Of a stretch of 64,000 nt of DNA, positions 42,985 to 54,989 are shown in pieces (position 1 is the stretch's first letter; every line of letters starts with the position of its first letter). The notes beneath the pieces are model-generated. The model was not told where the DNA came from. It searched no databases and saw only the letters and a program-made list of their open reading frames with translations. Source of the stretch: Octopus vulgaris (lineage: Eukaryota); assembly GCA_951406725.2 (NCBI GenBank), contig OX597826.1, forward strand, positions 46,252,001-46,316,000, given 5' to 3'. A program made the position numbers and the translations under genes.

Positions 42985-43350
42985 GATATACACACACACA
43001 ATATATACACACACACACAAACACACACATATATATATATATGACAAGCTTCTTTCGGTCTCCATCTACAAAATCCACTCACAAGGCTTTGGTTGGCCCA
43101 AGGCTATAGTAGTAGACACTTATCCAAGGTAGCACGTAGTGGGACTGAACCCAAAAGCATGTGGCTGGGAGGCAAGCTTCTTACCACACAGCTGTATGGG
43201 GGGTGGGGAATTTCTCACAGCAAATAATAACTAAAACTCCTCTCAATCATTTTCTACATGCTCACTAATTAAGCCAAGTCTAATTATCTAAACTGTCCTC
43301 ACTAAGTGGGCCTGCAAACTTGGACTACTTGAATGCAGTTACATGTACAT

Positions 43351-43631
43351 TTTATTAACTCTGCCTTAGCGAAGGCGGAGTTATTGTTTTCAGTTGTGTG
43401 TGTTTGTTTGTCCTTGGACAAGATATCGCAAGAACCGCTGGATGGATTCGGATGAAACTTTCAGGGATGTTTCACCACGTGACTGGCACAAACTGATTAG
43501 ATTTTGGGATTGATTTTGAAAGCAGTTGAGTTTATTTCAGATATTCTTATTTTAAAAATCATCTCTGGCTAATTGTTGAGAAGACGTTGGTGTTGCCTTG
43601 GCAGAGGTTTGCACTCTCCGATTGCTTTTGT
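43351..43631 (+). mobile_element. Non-autonomous Helentron / DINE-1-like element
   Basis: T-rich 5' end, subterminal inverted repeat CTCTGCC/GGCAGAG, 5' hairpin, GTTT microsatellite, GGATGAAACTT and TTAGATTTTGG core blocks, 3' hairpin GCACTC-TCC-GATTGC. Confidence 0.7.
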
Positions 43632-45997
43632 CATCTATTTACTCCTTAATTTTTACAGAAAACAAAATGTAGTTTGGCAGTGAGAATTTTCTAAATTCTT
43701 TCCAAGACTCATATACACTCTGGATAGCTGCACATCTATTTCTATCATTTATCTTTACTTATTTCAGTTGTTGGACTGAAGCCAAGCTGGGGCACAGCTT
43801 TGAAGGATGTTGTCAAACAAATCATCCCAGTACTTATTTCTAAAGTCAGGTACTTAGTCTATCAGTCTCTTTTGCTGAACTGCTAAGTTATGGCCATATA
43901 GAGAAAACAAACACCACCTGCTATGGGGCTATGGGTGCCAAATATAAAACAAAGATTCATACATTCATTCATTTATTCATACATACATATGTACATACAT
44001 GCATGCATGCATACATATACACACACACATACACACGATAAACTTCTTTCACCAACTTTCACCAACTTCTTGCACCAACCAAATCCACTCATGAGGCTTT
44101 TGTTGGCCAAGGATTATAGTAAAAGATACTTGCTCAAGGTGCCACATTGTGGGATTGAACCCAACACAGCATGATTCGTGCAAAAGCTCCTTAATCACAT
44201 AGCCAAGACTAAGAGAATAATATTTAATACTTCACATTTAGAGGTGTCTACTTCTATCACAAAACTATGATATACACCCTCATACAAAAACAGTGTCTGC
44301 TTCAAAGGTAAACATTCCTTCCAATCTGAATACAAATATATTACTTCAATAAAACAACCTCAATCGAGGGCATAGTGCTGGCAGAACATTAGTGTATTGA
44401 AGCAGGTATCTTATTGTCTCTGCGAGTTCTGTGTTCAAATTCCACTGTCTGTATGAGAAAATATAGTGGCACACTTCAGTTGTCTTTAAGACTTTTGTTA
44501 CCATGTTTCTCTGGAAATACAATGCCTTTGTTGCAACAACTTTTGAAAAACATGAAACCTTTAGAAAATAATCTGGTATAAGTGCAAAATTATACAAATA
44601 AAATATACATTTATATATATATCTTACAAGCTGTGTATACTGTAATAGACACAGAGAATGAAAGTACATCCTTAGATTTTTTTTTTTTTCAGAGAGCGAA
44701 AAGAGTATACATCTTACTGAATATAATTCTTTTAATATTATTCTTTATTATTATCACAGTAGCCAAGGTGATGAGCTGGCAGAATTGTTAGCACATTGGG
44801 CAAAATGCTTAGCAGCATTTCACCCATCTTTGCGTTCTGAGTTCAAATTCTGCTGAGGTCAACTTTGCCTTTCATCCTTTCAGGTCAATAAAATAAGTAC
44901 CACTTGAATACTGGGGTCATTGTAATCAACTTACCCACTCCTGCAAAATCTCAAGCCTTGTGCTTGTAGTAGAAAGGATTATTATCACTGTAGCCATGTA
45001 TATCTTTTCATCCTGTTTTTGAATCTTCAACCCGACATAACTCCAGATTTCCAAAATATTTTGTCTAAGGTCTTTTGTCAATATTAAAACGGCATTTGGG
45101 ATTAAGGTTAACATGAAATTTTTATGGAAGACTTTAATTTCTATCCCTTTCAAACAGAAAGCTTAATATCACAGGAACAAGAGTAATCTCAAGTAGGTGA
45201 ATATCAAAGGGGTTAAAACAGAAAGTTTGTATTATAGAAAAGGGGGGTAATTTCAGATGGGTTTGCATCAAAAGGGTGAAGCAAGTGCTCACGTACTTCA
45301 GCTGGTCACTCTCATTGGCAACACACCAGCTCTGCTCACTCAACAAACAATTAATTAAGGTGATAAGAAAAACTAAAAAAAAACAACAACAAAACCACAG
45401 TACAGAGATCATGTGATGGTCATGCCTTTCTTGATGACATTAATTAATAAACAAAGTGAAATGACTACAAGTGGGTACCACAAATAGGGTCGCATTACAG
45501 CTTGTTAATCTCTAATCTGCAGCAATCTATCATCTCAAAACTCCCAAACAATTTCTGATCCCTTTTTCCTCCAGCTCTGCCCTTTTTCAGTCTTTTCTCC
45601 TTTATAGTTATTACAACAATGCAGCCTTTACAGCTCACATATCCAACACCGCACAGTTAAATACACCATGATTTCAAACCCAACGAATCAGCGACACGTT
45701 CTATTATTTGAATAGTGCTCAAGTGAATAGTGACGGTGATGGAGTTATTAAATCTCCAAGATGAATTTCATGACTCATTGAAGACATATAGACAGAGATG
45801 AAAAGCTTATTGTGACAATGAATAGATGAAAAGAGAAGACAGGAGGGTGTCATCAACAGAGCCAACATCTTTGATCACATTCATACACAACCAACACAAC
45901 ATCCCCGAGAGAAACATGTCTTCTTCTTCCATACTGTAAGTGAACATCAGAACAATAATATAAGAAGTTTAGATATCATGCCTCTGTGTGTATGCGG

Positions 45998-46035
<38 letters not shown>

Positions 46036-46244
46036 CATGCACACACACATATATATATACACACAAACATATAAGTGTGTATTTGTATGCTGTATACACA
46101 CCTCCACATCAACACAATCATGTGCATACACACAAATATATTTGTATATAATATACATATATGTGTGTGTGTGTGTATATACAATATATGCATAGATATA
46201 ATATATAGACATGTAAATATATATCATAGATCTATTTATATATG

Positions 46245-46280
<36 letters not shown>

Positions 46281-46383
46281 CACACACATAATAAATATAA
46301 ACATATTTAATATATATGTATATACATATGTGTGTGTGTGTGTGTGTGTATATATATTATACACACATATAGACTGATATATA

Positions 46384-46425
<42 letters not shown>

Positions 46426-47043
46426 CATACACACATACATACGTTGATGCATCAAATAAATGGGTAAGCAAAAAAAAATAACAAAAATCAAAAATAACAA
46501 AAAAATATGATAGACTTCCTCATGAAAAGAATAAATTTGAATAAAATTACAACAATAGCAACAACATAAACATCACATACACACATGCGCATACATAAAT
46601 ACACACACACACACACACACACGCATATGTGCATGCATGTATGTATGTATGTATGTATGTATACCTACATGAAGATAAACTTTTACAATTCTACAAGATT
46701 CCTTATAGTTCCCAGAAAAACAACAACATCAACAATAAATGCAATAGTGGACATGAAATACATCAAACAGAATGAAGCATAACACTAAGAGACATGAAAG
46801 CCCCCTCCCCACCCAGCCTTGGCACCACTCTTCTTCATCATCTTCTCCTTCTGTTCTATTGGGTCTGTTCTTGTTTATATATATATATACATATATACAC
46901 AAATTTTTTTTAATATTATTATTATTCTCATCATCATCATTATTATTATTATGGTCTCTTTTCTTTGTTTCTCTTTTCTTTAAATTTACAATTTACAATG
47001 ACTAGGTGGGGTAGAAAACACAAAAGCACACACACAAAAAAGA

Positions 47044-47088
<45 letters not shown>

Positions 47089-47597
47089 TACATGTGTATG
47101 TTTATATATATATATATATGTATGTGTATATACATATACAAAAATCAAATGCAAAATTTAATATTTCTCTCTCTCTCTGGAAAATATGATGTTTCAATTT
47201 ATTTCAAGAGAAAACTGTTGTTAATGCAAGGTTTTTTTTCTCTGTTTTTGTTTTGTCTTTTAGAAAGAAAAATGAAAAAAAAAAGAAAAAAAATTGTTTT
47301 CTTTGACACACTAGAATTAATCATTCTTCACATATAAACACTATCTTCTTCCTTCGTCTTACCCCATTTCTCTCACAAACAGACACACACACACTCACTT
47401 CCTTACAGACACATTTATTTTGCATTTCCTAGTATATATATTTTTTTTTTCTGTGAAAGGGAAAGAACTATCTAGAAATGATACACATACATCATAAACA
47501 CACAGTTCATAGGAAAGAAAACACCACCGAAATTAAAATTAAAATAACAAAAATAAAACGAATTTAAAATAAGTAAATAAATACAATAGTCACTTAC

Positions 47598-47798
47598 CTC
47601 AACAGCATAGTGTAGTGCCTTAGCTGCGGGATGAATTAGGAGGTTGTGAAATGGTGTGATTTGGGGTTTTCCCCAACCGCCTTCTGTCGACCATTCAATT
47701 TCAAGCATGTGGTCAGTGAAAAACCTGCCAAAGACCAGCTCATTTGAAGCGGGCTTTGGTTGAGGATTTTTGGATTTCTGAACAATGGCCTGTGCCGC
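47598..47798 (-). CDS. BCAT: Internal coding exon (67 codons, phase 0/0) of a branched-chain amino acid aminotransferase (BCAT/IlvE family)
   Basis: Translates AAQAIVQKSKNPQPKPASNELVFGRFFTDHMLEIEWSTEGGWGKPQITPFHNLLIHPAAKALHYAVE, matching the BCAT N-terminal motifs LVFG..FTDHML..EW...GW.KP.I.P and HP...LHYAVE. Flanked by a pyrimidine tract + TACAG acceptor and a GAG|GTAAGT donor. Confidence 0.93.
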
Positions 47799-47979
47799 CT
47801 GTATTAGCAAGGAAAACAAAAACAAAATAAGAGAGATGAAAGAAAAATGAAATGGTTGAGTGACTTTTATAAATTTATGATTTTGTTTATATTTACAACA
47901 CAAGTGTAAAAAAAAAAAAAAATCAATGTCATTTTTATATTTGGTTTGCAAGATTCTTGGTGTGAACTTGTGTGTTGAA

Positions 47980-48510
47980 ACATATTTTGCTGCATCTTGG
48001 AAGCGTCATTATACCAATAATAATAAACACATGTACTGGTTCTATTTCACTTATTTATTATTTATTTGCCAATTAAGGTACTGATATAGCAGACTCATTA
48101 GCATGCCAAGTAAAATGGTTAGCATCATTTCATCCTTCACTATGTTCTGAGTTCAAATTCCGCTAAATTCAACATTTCCTTTCATCCTTTTGGGGGTACC
48201 AGTTGAGCTATGGTGTTAACAGAATCGACTTATCAGCTCCCTCGAAATAGCTGCCCTTGCACCAAAATTTTGAGATGATTATTTATTTGTCAATTAGTTA
48301 GCTAATTAACTAATTGATTGTTTGATTAATCGTCTGATTGAGCAATAAATCAGTCAGGTTTGCAAAAGTCTGACTGATTAATCAAAGAATCAATTAGCTA
48401 AATTTCTTAAAAGGTTAACCAACTGACAAATAAAAATAAGGAAGTGAAACAAAACCACGGTGTGTATTTATTATTCATATAATGACCCTCTTAAGATACA
48501 ATAAAAGCAT
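47980..48510. mobile_element. Decayed palindromic MITE interrupted by a SINE
   Basis: Imperfect inverted ends (gcatcttggaagcgtcattata / tataatgaccctcttaagatac) and internal symmetry around ~48360. Confidence 0.45.
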
Positions 48511-48930
48511 CTAGAAATATGTGTATGAATGATGTACATTGAAATTCACCTATAAATAAGAGTTTATAATACATTGGGCTTTAAAAGAAAAAGAATAAAA
48601 AAAGAGAAGGAAAATTTGTTGTAGGATCTTACTACCTTTGTTTCAACCAAAGTATTTTTAACCCAATGTATAAGGTAGGCTGTTTCTTCTAGTTAGATTG
48701 GGTTTTAGAGATATCGTTTTTGGAAGACTTACACTTTGCTCTTTTACTTGTTTCTATCATTGGATAACAGCTATGCTGGAGCACCACCTTATTCTGTTGG
48801 TTGCTTTTGCCAAAGTGCTAACAGGGACAAAAACAAATTGACACCATTTGTGAAGCAGTGGTGGGGAACAACCACTCAAACACATACATACATGACAAGT
48901 ATTTTTCAGTTTTTCATTACCAAATTCACT

Positions 48931-49742
48931 TATGAGGTAGATTCTAGAAATTTTGAGACATTTTTTTTAGGAGAGGTATTTATAACTTTTCTAGATTATT
49001 GTAATTTTAGCATATCACTACAATACATCTAATAAGCTAATCACCAACTTTTGTTATTCCAGATTGAAAGAGAAAGCTGTAAAAGCACTTTGAACACATT
49101 CTACGAAATATTGCTTGCCCCAGCTGACTATTATGCAGAATGCAGTCAGGACTTGAAGACAATTTGGATACTCACTACGCAATTAGGTTTTATGTTAAAC
49201 TGAGAAAATTTGCTACAGAGAATTATAAAATGCTCCAGCCTGCCTACGGATTAACTTGTATGAGCTAAGCATCTGTTTTTCACAGGCGCAAGTGGCCAGG
49301 CAAAGCAAGTCTACTCAGAGGCCCATCAAGATCCTCTTTTTTAAGAGCAAGAACACCATCTACATCTTCTGACCGGTCATTCAACAATGAATACTTTGGA
49401 GAGGTTTTGAGGGAGTTCAGGAAGAGATTTCATATAAAAAAAATTCAAAGCACCGGCACCCAGAGAATGTGCCTGTCCACTAATCCATCCTGATAGCCTA
49501 CTATGTGACAGAGAAGGGCATCAAAACTGTTCCACACCCTCCCTACACTCCAGACTTTATTCCCTTTGACTTTTGGTTGTTTTCAAAGCTGAAGAACCTC
49601 AGGGACAGTCCTTTTGAAGATGGAGGAGGATGTGACAAGGGTCCTGGATACTTTCACTTAGGAGGACTTCCATGGGGCCTTCACAAAATAGTTGGAGTAT
49701 TTCAACTAGTGCACTGAAGTCAGGTCTTACACTGAAGGAGAT
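48931..49742 (+). mobile_element. Decayed mariner transposon
   Basis: GIKTVPHPPYTPDFIPFDFWLFSKLK (PHPPYSPDLAPxDF motif), plus an N-terminal YAIRFYVKL...YKMLQPAYG remnant at ~49175-49260. Confidence 0.8.
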
Positions 49743-50902
49743 TGTCCAGGGTTCAGTCCCATTGCATGGCATCTAGGGCAAGTGTCTTCTACTGTAGCTC
49801 TAGGTCAACCAAAGCCTCATGAGAGGATTTGGTGGTAGAGAGAGATCGAAAGAAGATGGTTGTATACACACACACACACACACACATGTATGTGTGTGTG
49901 TCTTTGTGTTTGTCAACCCCACCCACTTGACAGTGTTGGTTTGTTTGTGTCACAATATGTTAGCAGTTTAGTAAAAGAAACCATAAGAGTTAGTAAGCAG
50001 GCTTAAAAATACTGGAGTTGATTTGTTCCAATAGACCCTTCAAAGAAGAGCCCTTTATAAGGCTGTAGTCCACTGACAGAAACAAGTAACAGATAAATGG
50101 AAACATGTTTATTGGTAGCATTAATTTTTATTCTTTTCCTTTCCTTTTTTTTTTTTGGCAACATATTTAGATTTCAAGAAGAATTACAAAGTGATAACAA
50201 GTACCAAACATTAAAAGATTGTAGTTTATCTAATAAACCGGGAATATTGATTTCAAATTTTGGCAGAAGGCCAGCAATTTTTTGGTTGGGGGGGGGGGGG
50301 GAGAGACCAAGTCAATTACATCAGCCCCAGTGCAAACCAGGAACTTATTTTATTGACCCCGAAAGGATGAAAAGCAAAGTCAAGCTAAGCAGAATTTGAA
50401 CACAGAACATACAGGTAGGCAAGATGATGCAAAGCATTTTGCCTGGCGTACTAACGATCTAGACCAGCTTGGTGCCTTGAAGTAAACCTGAAAAATTAAA
50501 CCATATACACACTGAGTATGGAGGGGGAGGAGGCAAGATGTATGATTTCTGGAGGCCCTTCAAGACCAGCGAGATCAATGCTATTAATATTTCATTTAAA
50601 CTGTTCAAAATCAACACCTGCAGGGAAAATATGAAAAGGGAAGAGGTTCCAAGGGGATAACATACTTGGGGGAATGGATTGAGTGTAATGGTTAGTGTGA
50701 GGCTTATTAGTGGAGGGGGAGGATTGAACACAATAAAAGGGATGACAGGAAAATGACAAATGAATCAGGAGTGCTTGAGTAGAGGCAGTGCAAGTATATA
50801 TTTTGATAAAAGTATTACATCAAGCCAAAGAAGGAACTTCTAGGTTAACCTTTAGCATACTGATTTGTTCCTAGAACAGTTTCCCCTACTACTGCATTAT
50901 TC

Positions 50903-51135
50903 TTATTTCTTTACTGCCCACAAGGGGCTACACACAGAGGGGACAAACAAGGACAGACAAACGGATTAAGTCGATTACATCGACCCCAGTGCGTAACTGG
51001 TACTTAATTTATCGACCCCGAAAGGATGAAAGGCAAATTCGACCTCAGCGGAATTTGAACTCAGAACGTAGCGGCAGACGAAATACCGCTAAGCATTTCA
51101 CCCGGTGTGCTAACGTTTCTGCCAGCTCACCACCT
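50903..51135 (-). mobile_element. SINE family B, well-preserved full-length copy
   Basis: Closely matches the 25043-25277 and 57345-57572 copies and retains CpGs. Confidence 0.88.
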
Positions 51136-51202
51136 TCACTATTCTTCACCACTCTATTATTCTTGGAGGAACAAAAGAGGTGAGCAACTACTCTTAAAAT
51201 TA

Positions 51203-51794
51203 TTATAACTTTCGCTGAATTGTGTGAACAAACTTGATCCTTTTTGTATACAAATAAAGGACCGGATGAATAATATTTTTATGTAGTGCATTAAAGAACA
51301 GATGAATGAGTTGCTTCACAGAAATGTACCCCCTTGGGGCCAGTACATTCCTTAAATCAACCAGCCATGGATGACAGTATCCACTCAGTACTTTGTTCAC
51401 ATTATAACTGTAGACACAGTCTACATCCTCATCATCACCTCACATAATTTCAGCATCAATATCTGCCTGAGTAAATCCTTCAAAATCGTCATCTGAATCA
51501 GAATCAAACAAGATTTTTTTCCAGAAAAGTTTCAAAAGCAGGAGCAGCCATTTTTGTTGCGCAAAAAAATCAAGACAACTAAGTTCAATTTTAAAGCTTG
51601 TCTACCTCGTTGCTAGTATATAAACAATGGAAATGGTGTCTGAATCGAAAGTAGCCTGTTTACAGCTTAAAGTACTGGAAATAAACTTAGCGCTGTGTTT
51701 ATTTTAAACACCCATCGCAAGGCGACAAAATGCGTCTGCAGCTATAAGGGAGAAAACTCATGGGTGACAAACTGTGACAGTAGCTTGGAGAAAG
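51203..51794 (-). mobile_element. Probable piggyBac 5' end with decayed transposase N-terminus
   Basis: TTAA at 51795-51798; ATG at 51551 gives MAAPAFETFLEK/ILFDSDSDDDFEGFTQADID...HPWLVD...HLFFN with a frameshift and a stop, resembling acidic piggyBac N-termini. Confidence 0.45.
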
Positions 51795-52384
51795 TTAATA
51801 GTTGACTTCCAAATAATTGCTAAATACCATTTAGACTGTACCCCTACTGTCTTAAAAAGTAAAATGGACACACAAAGGGCAATGGTTTTGACGAGAGGGC
51901 CAAAGCAATTACATTGACCCTTGATTGGTATTTATTTTACTGGACTCCAAAATGACAAAACACAAAATCCACCTTGGTGGAATTTGAGCTTAGAAAAGAC
52001 CTAAAGAAATACTGCAAAGCATTTTGTCCACCATGGTGATGATTCTATCAGATTGCTGCCCTCGACGCATTGAATATTGTAACCTAAGATGTGCTATGCC
52101 TGAATAAGAAAGAACAACTTTGATGATAGCTTTGCTAATTTGATGTTGGGAATAATAACAATGGCAACAACTACAAAAATCTAAGGAGGAAGTTTCTAAT
52201 TGGCAGCTTCATAAGTTAGAATCAACAGCAAAATCATTGTCAAATCACACTGTGTTGTCTTAATTCTTTCTACTACTAGGCACAACCCCAAAAACTTAAT
52301 GGAGAGGGGCTCAGTCATTTAGCCCCTTGCAGACAGATTTAGTACGGACAGTCTGTGCTGTGCACCCAGTATTAGGCCATTCAG

Positions 52385-52449
52385 TATTTTTTTATTCTTT
52401 TATTTGTTTCAGTCATTTGACCGCGGCCATGCTGGAGCACCGCCTTTAG
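52385..52449 (-). mobile_element. 3' tail of SINE family A fused downstream of the 5S sequence
   Basis: AAAGGCGGTGCTCCAGCATGGCCGCGGTCAAATGACTGAAACAAATAAAAGAATAAAA matches the end of the SINE at 53400-53465. Confidence 0.85.
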
Positions 52450-52457
52450 ATAGAAAG

Positions 52458-52577
52458 ATGTTTACAGCACCTAGGTTTCCCAAGCGGTCACCCATCTAAG
52501 TACTAACTAGGCTCGCCTTTGCTTAACTTTGGTGATCGGACGAGAACCGGTGTTTCCAAAGTGATATGGCCGTAAAC
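52458..52577 (-). rRNA. 5S: Full-length 5S rRNA sequence (isolated copy, probably retroposed)
   Basis: GTTTACGGCCATATCACTTTGGAAACACCGGTTCTCGTCCGATCACCAAAGTTAAGCAAAGGCGAGCCTAGTTAGTACTTAGATGGGTGACCGCTTGGGAAACCTAGGTGCTGTAAAC; box A- and C-like motifs are present and helices I, II and V pair. Confidence 0.93.
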
Positions 52578-52988
52578 ATAACTACATAAATTTTCATACA
52601 GGAAATTTGACAGTGTATTTACAGATTCTTCTCAGTATGGTATATTTGAAAACATGGTGCCACACAGAGTGAGACATAGCACTGCTCTCTCTCTCACACA
52701 CACACAGTGTTTCGATGCAGTCAGTACTGCTTCCTGTCTGCAAGGAGTTAAATCAACCCCAGTGATCAACTAGAACTTATTTTATCAAGGATGAAAAGGC
52801 AAAGTCGACCTTAATGTAGTTTTGAAATCAAAACGTAAAGCAGGAAGAAATGCTGCTAAACATTTTCCCCAATGCTTCTGTCAACTCAGTACCTTACTGT
52901 ACAGTCTTAATAAAAGAAAACCACATTAACCCTTTAGCACTCGGATTATTCTCTCGAATGTAATGCATTTTGATTCACATTGTTTTGT

Positions 52989-53164
52989 GGCGCCGGAGTG
53001 GCTGAGTGGTAAGTAGTTTGCTTACCAACCACATGGTTCTGGATTCAGTCCCACTGCATGGCACCTTGGGCAAGTGTCTTCTACTATAGCCTTGGGCAAC
53101 CAAAGCCTTGTGAGTGGATTTGGTAGACGGAAACTGAAAGAAGCCCATCGTATATAAGTATATA

Positions 53165-53226
<62 letters not shown>

Positions 53227-53465
53227 TGTGTGTGTGTGTGTGTGTGTGTTTGTATGTCTGTTTGTCCCCTCCCTCCCAACATCACTTGACAACTCATGCT
53301 GGTGTGTTTACATCCCTGTAACTTAGCGGTTCGGCAAAAGAGACCAATAGAATAAGTACTAGGCTTACAAAGAATAAGTCCTGGGGTCGATTTGCTTGAC
53401 TAAAGCGGGGCTCCAGCAAGGCCGCAGTCAAATGACTGAAACAAGTAAAAGAGTAAAGAGAGTAT
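52989..53465 (+). mobile_element. tRNA-derived SINE family A, full length
   Basis: A box TGGCTGAGTGG, B-box-like GGATTCAGTCC, internal (TA)/(TG) tract, tail ending GAAACAAGTAAAAGAG. Related copies at ~4255-4600(-), 10965-11130(-), 20368-20755(+), 32520-32685(+), 34715-35085(+), 42410-42625(-), 42720-43192(-), 43745-44205(-), 48735-48930(-), 49745-50095(+). Confidence 0.9.
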
Positions 53466-54321
53466 CTCAGCGCTTCCAGATTTTGATGATGTGATCCTTT
53501 ATTTTTAGAATGACAGGGTAGGTGTGAGAGGCCAGATCTGACCAGTTTGAACTTACAACAGGTAAAAGATTTTGGGCCGGATTAAATGCTAATAACATCA
53601 TTCTAAATACACTATCATTCCATGTACCACAGGCTTCAATGACTACAAACAAGCATCTTCCATTTGCTACATTTTCAACTAAAAGTCTGCAAGCCACAGC
53701 TTTAGCTGCAGACACAACTTGTTTGCACCTGAGCAGACAAGAGCAAAGTCAAAGAAGGTATCTCACTCAAGTGCACCACAACACACTGCCTGAGATGGAA
53801 TTTGGCATCACAACCTTACAATCATGTGACCAATGGCCTTAACACTCACCATGTACCTTCCGAAAGGCACACACCCTATTCCTGAAGAACAAAAAAAAAA
53901 AAATTGTGTTGGTATTTACCAAAAGGTTTTCATTACAAGTTGTTACTAAATCACCTTTGACCTTGGACTAAAAAAACAACAACAGATATAAACAGATTGA
54001 ACACAAAATTGTAATTATGAACGGGACATAAAAAAATTTATAGCATTCTAGCTGAGCGATGACTTTGTCAATACACTGTACAAACATATATATTAATGTC
54101 TGTTTTTGTCCCTTTTCTCTATTATTCCCAGTCAGTTACTCATATTTTTTATTGCACCCATGTGAAAAATCAGTCATTGATCTTTGTTGTATTGTACTTT
54201 GTAGGGCAGTAACTACAGCACCTCCAGTCAAAAGGTCTCCAGCTGTAAAACCTCTGTTGGCATGCAGCACATCTACATGCACAAACACACACATACATAA
54301 ATACATGTGTATATATATATG

Positions 54322-54361
<40 letters not shown>

Positions 54362-54423
54362 TATGTATGTAGGTATGTATGTAGGTATGTGTATAGATAC
54401 ATATACACACACACATGCACATT

Positions 54424-54463
<40 letters not shown>

Positions 54464-54727
54464 TAGCCTTAAGCACTCTCTCATATAATATAAATATAAC
54501 ATTAGCAATTAATTAACTACTTTATACAACAACAATATTAACGCTATCTTAGTCCTATTGGATATGTCAGCTGGAAAATTTGCAGAGTGCATTGCAGTAT
54601 TTTATCACAGGCCTCTACAGTCTGTGTTCAAATCTCACCTGGGTCAACTTCCTCTTTCATTTCTTAATAAACATAGTACCAGTCGAGTACTGGGTCAACT
54701 GCTACTATTACTGTATCTCCCTCTCTT

Positions 54728-54766
<39 letters not shown>

Positions 54767-54989
54767 GTAGCAGCCCATGCTACTCCAGACTGATGACGAG
54801 CAAAGACTCAGAAACTAGTCTCTGGATGCAGGCTTAGCCGGGTGGAGGTGCTTGTCTCCACCTTGTAAATATAAGGACACAGGAAATGTGTCAAGGCCAA
54901 CAGGAAGCGTTGATGCTTCCTAGGGCTAAATAGCAGTAGTATGATTGCCTTCATGGGACTGTCACATTAAGTTGACAATATACAACTAC
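54767..54989 (+). mobile_element. ~220-nt non-coding hammerhead-bearing element in (TA)n (retrozyme-like, or a solo PLE pseudo-LTR)
   Basis: GC-richer island with (TA)n on both sides; hammerhead plus at least six further hairpins; no ORF. Confidence 0.65.
54784..54826 (+). ncRNA. Minimal type I hammerhead ribozyme
   Basis: TCCAGA-CTGATGA-C-GAG(CAAAGA)CTC-A-GAAA-CTAG-TC-TCTGGA: 6-bp perfect stem I, intact core, palindromic stem III (CTAG), GUC cleavage triplet. Confidence 0.88.

Larger units (their letters stand above)
52323..52747. mobile_element. piggyBac-type MITE hosting the 5S chimera and splitting a family B SINE
   Basis: TIRs CCCCTTGCAGACAG / CTGTCTGCAAGGAG flanked by TTAG and TTAA; SINE B sequence stops at ~52320 and resumes at ~52750. 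Confidence 0.6.
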
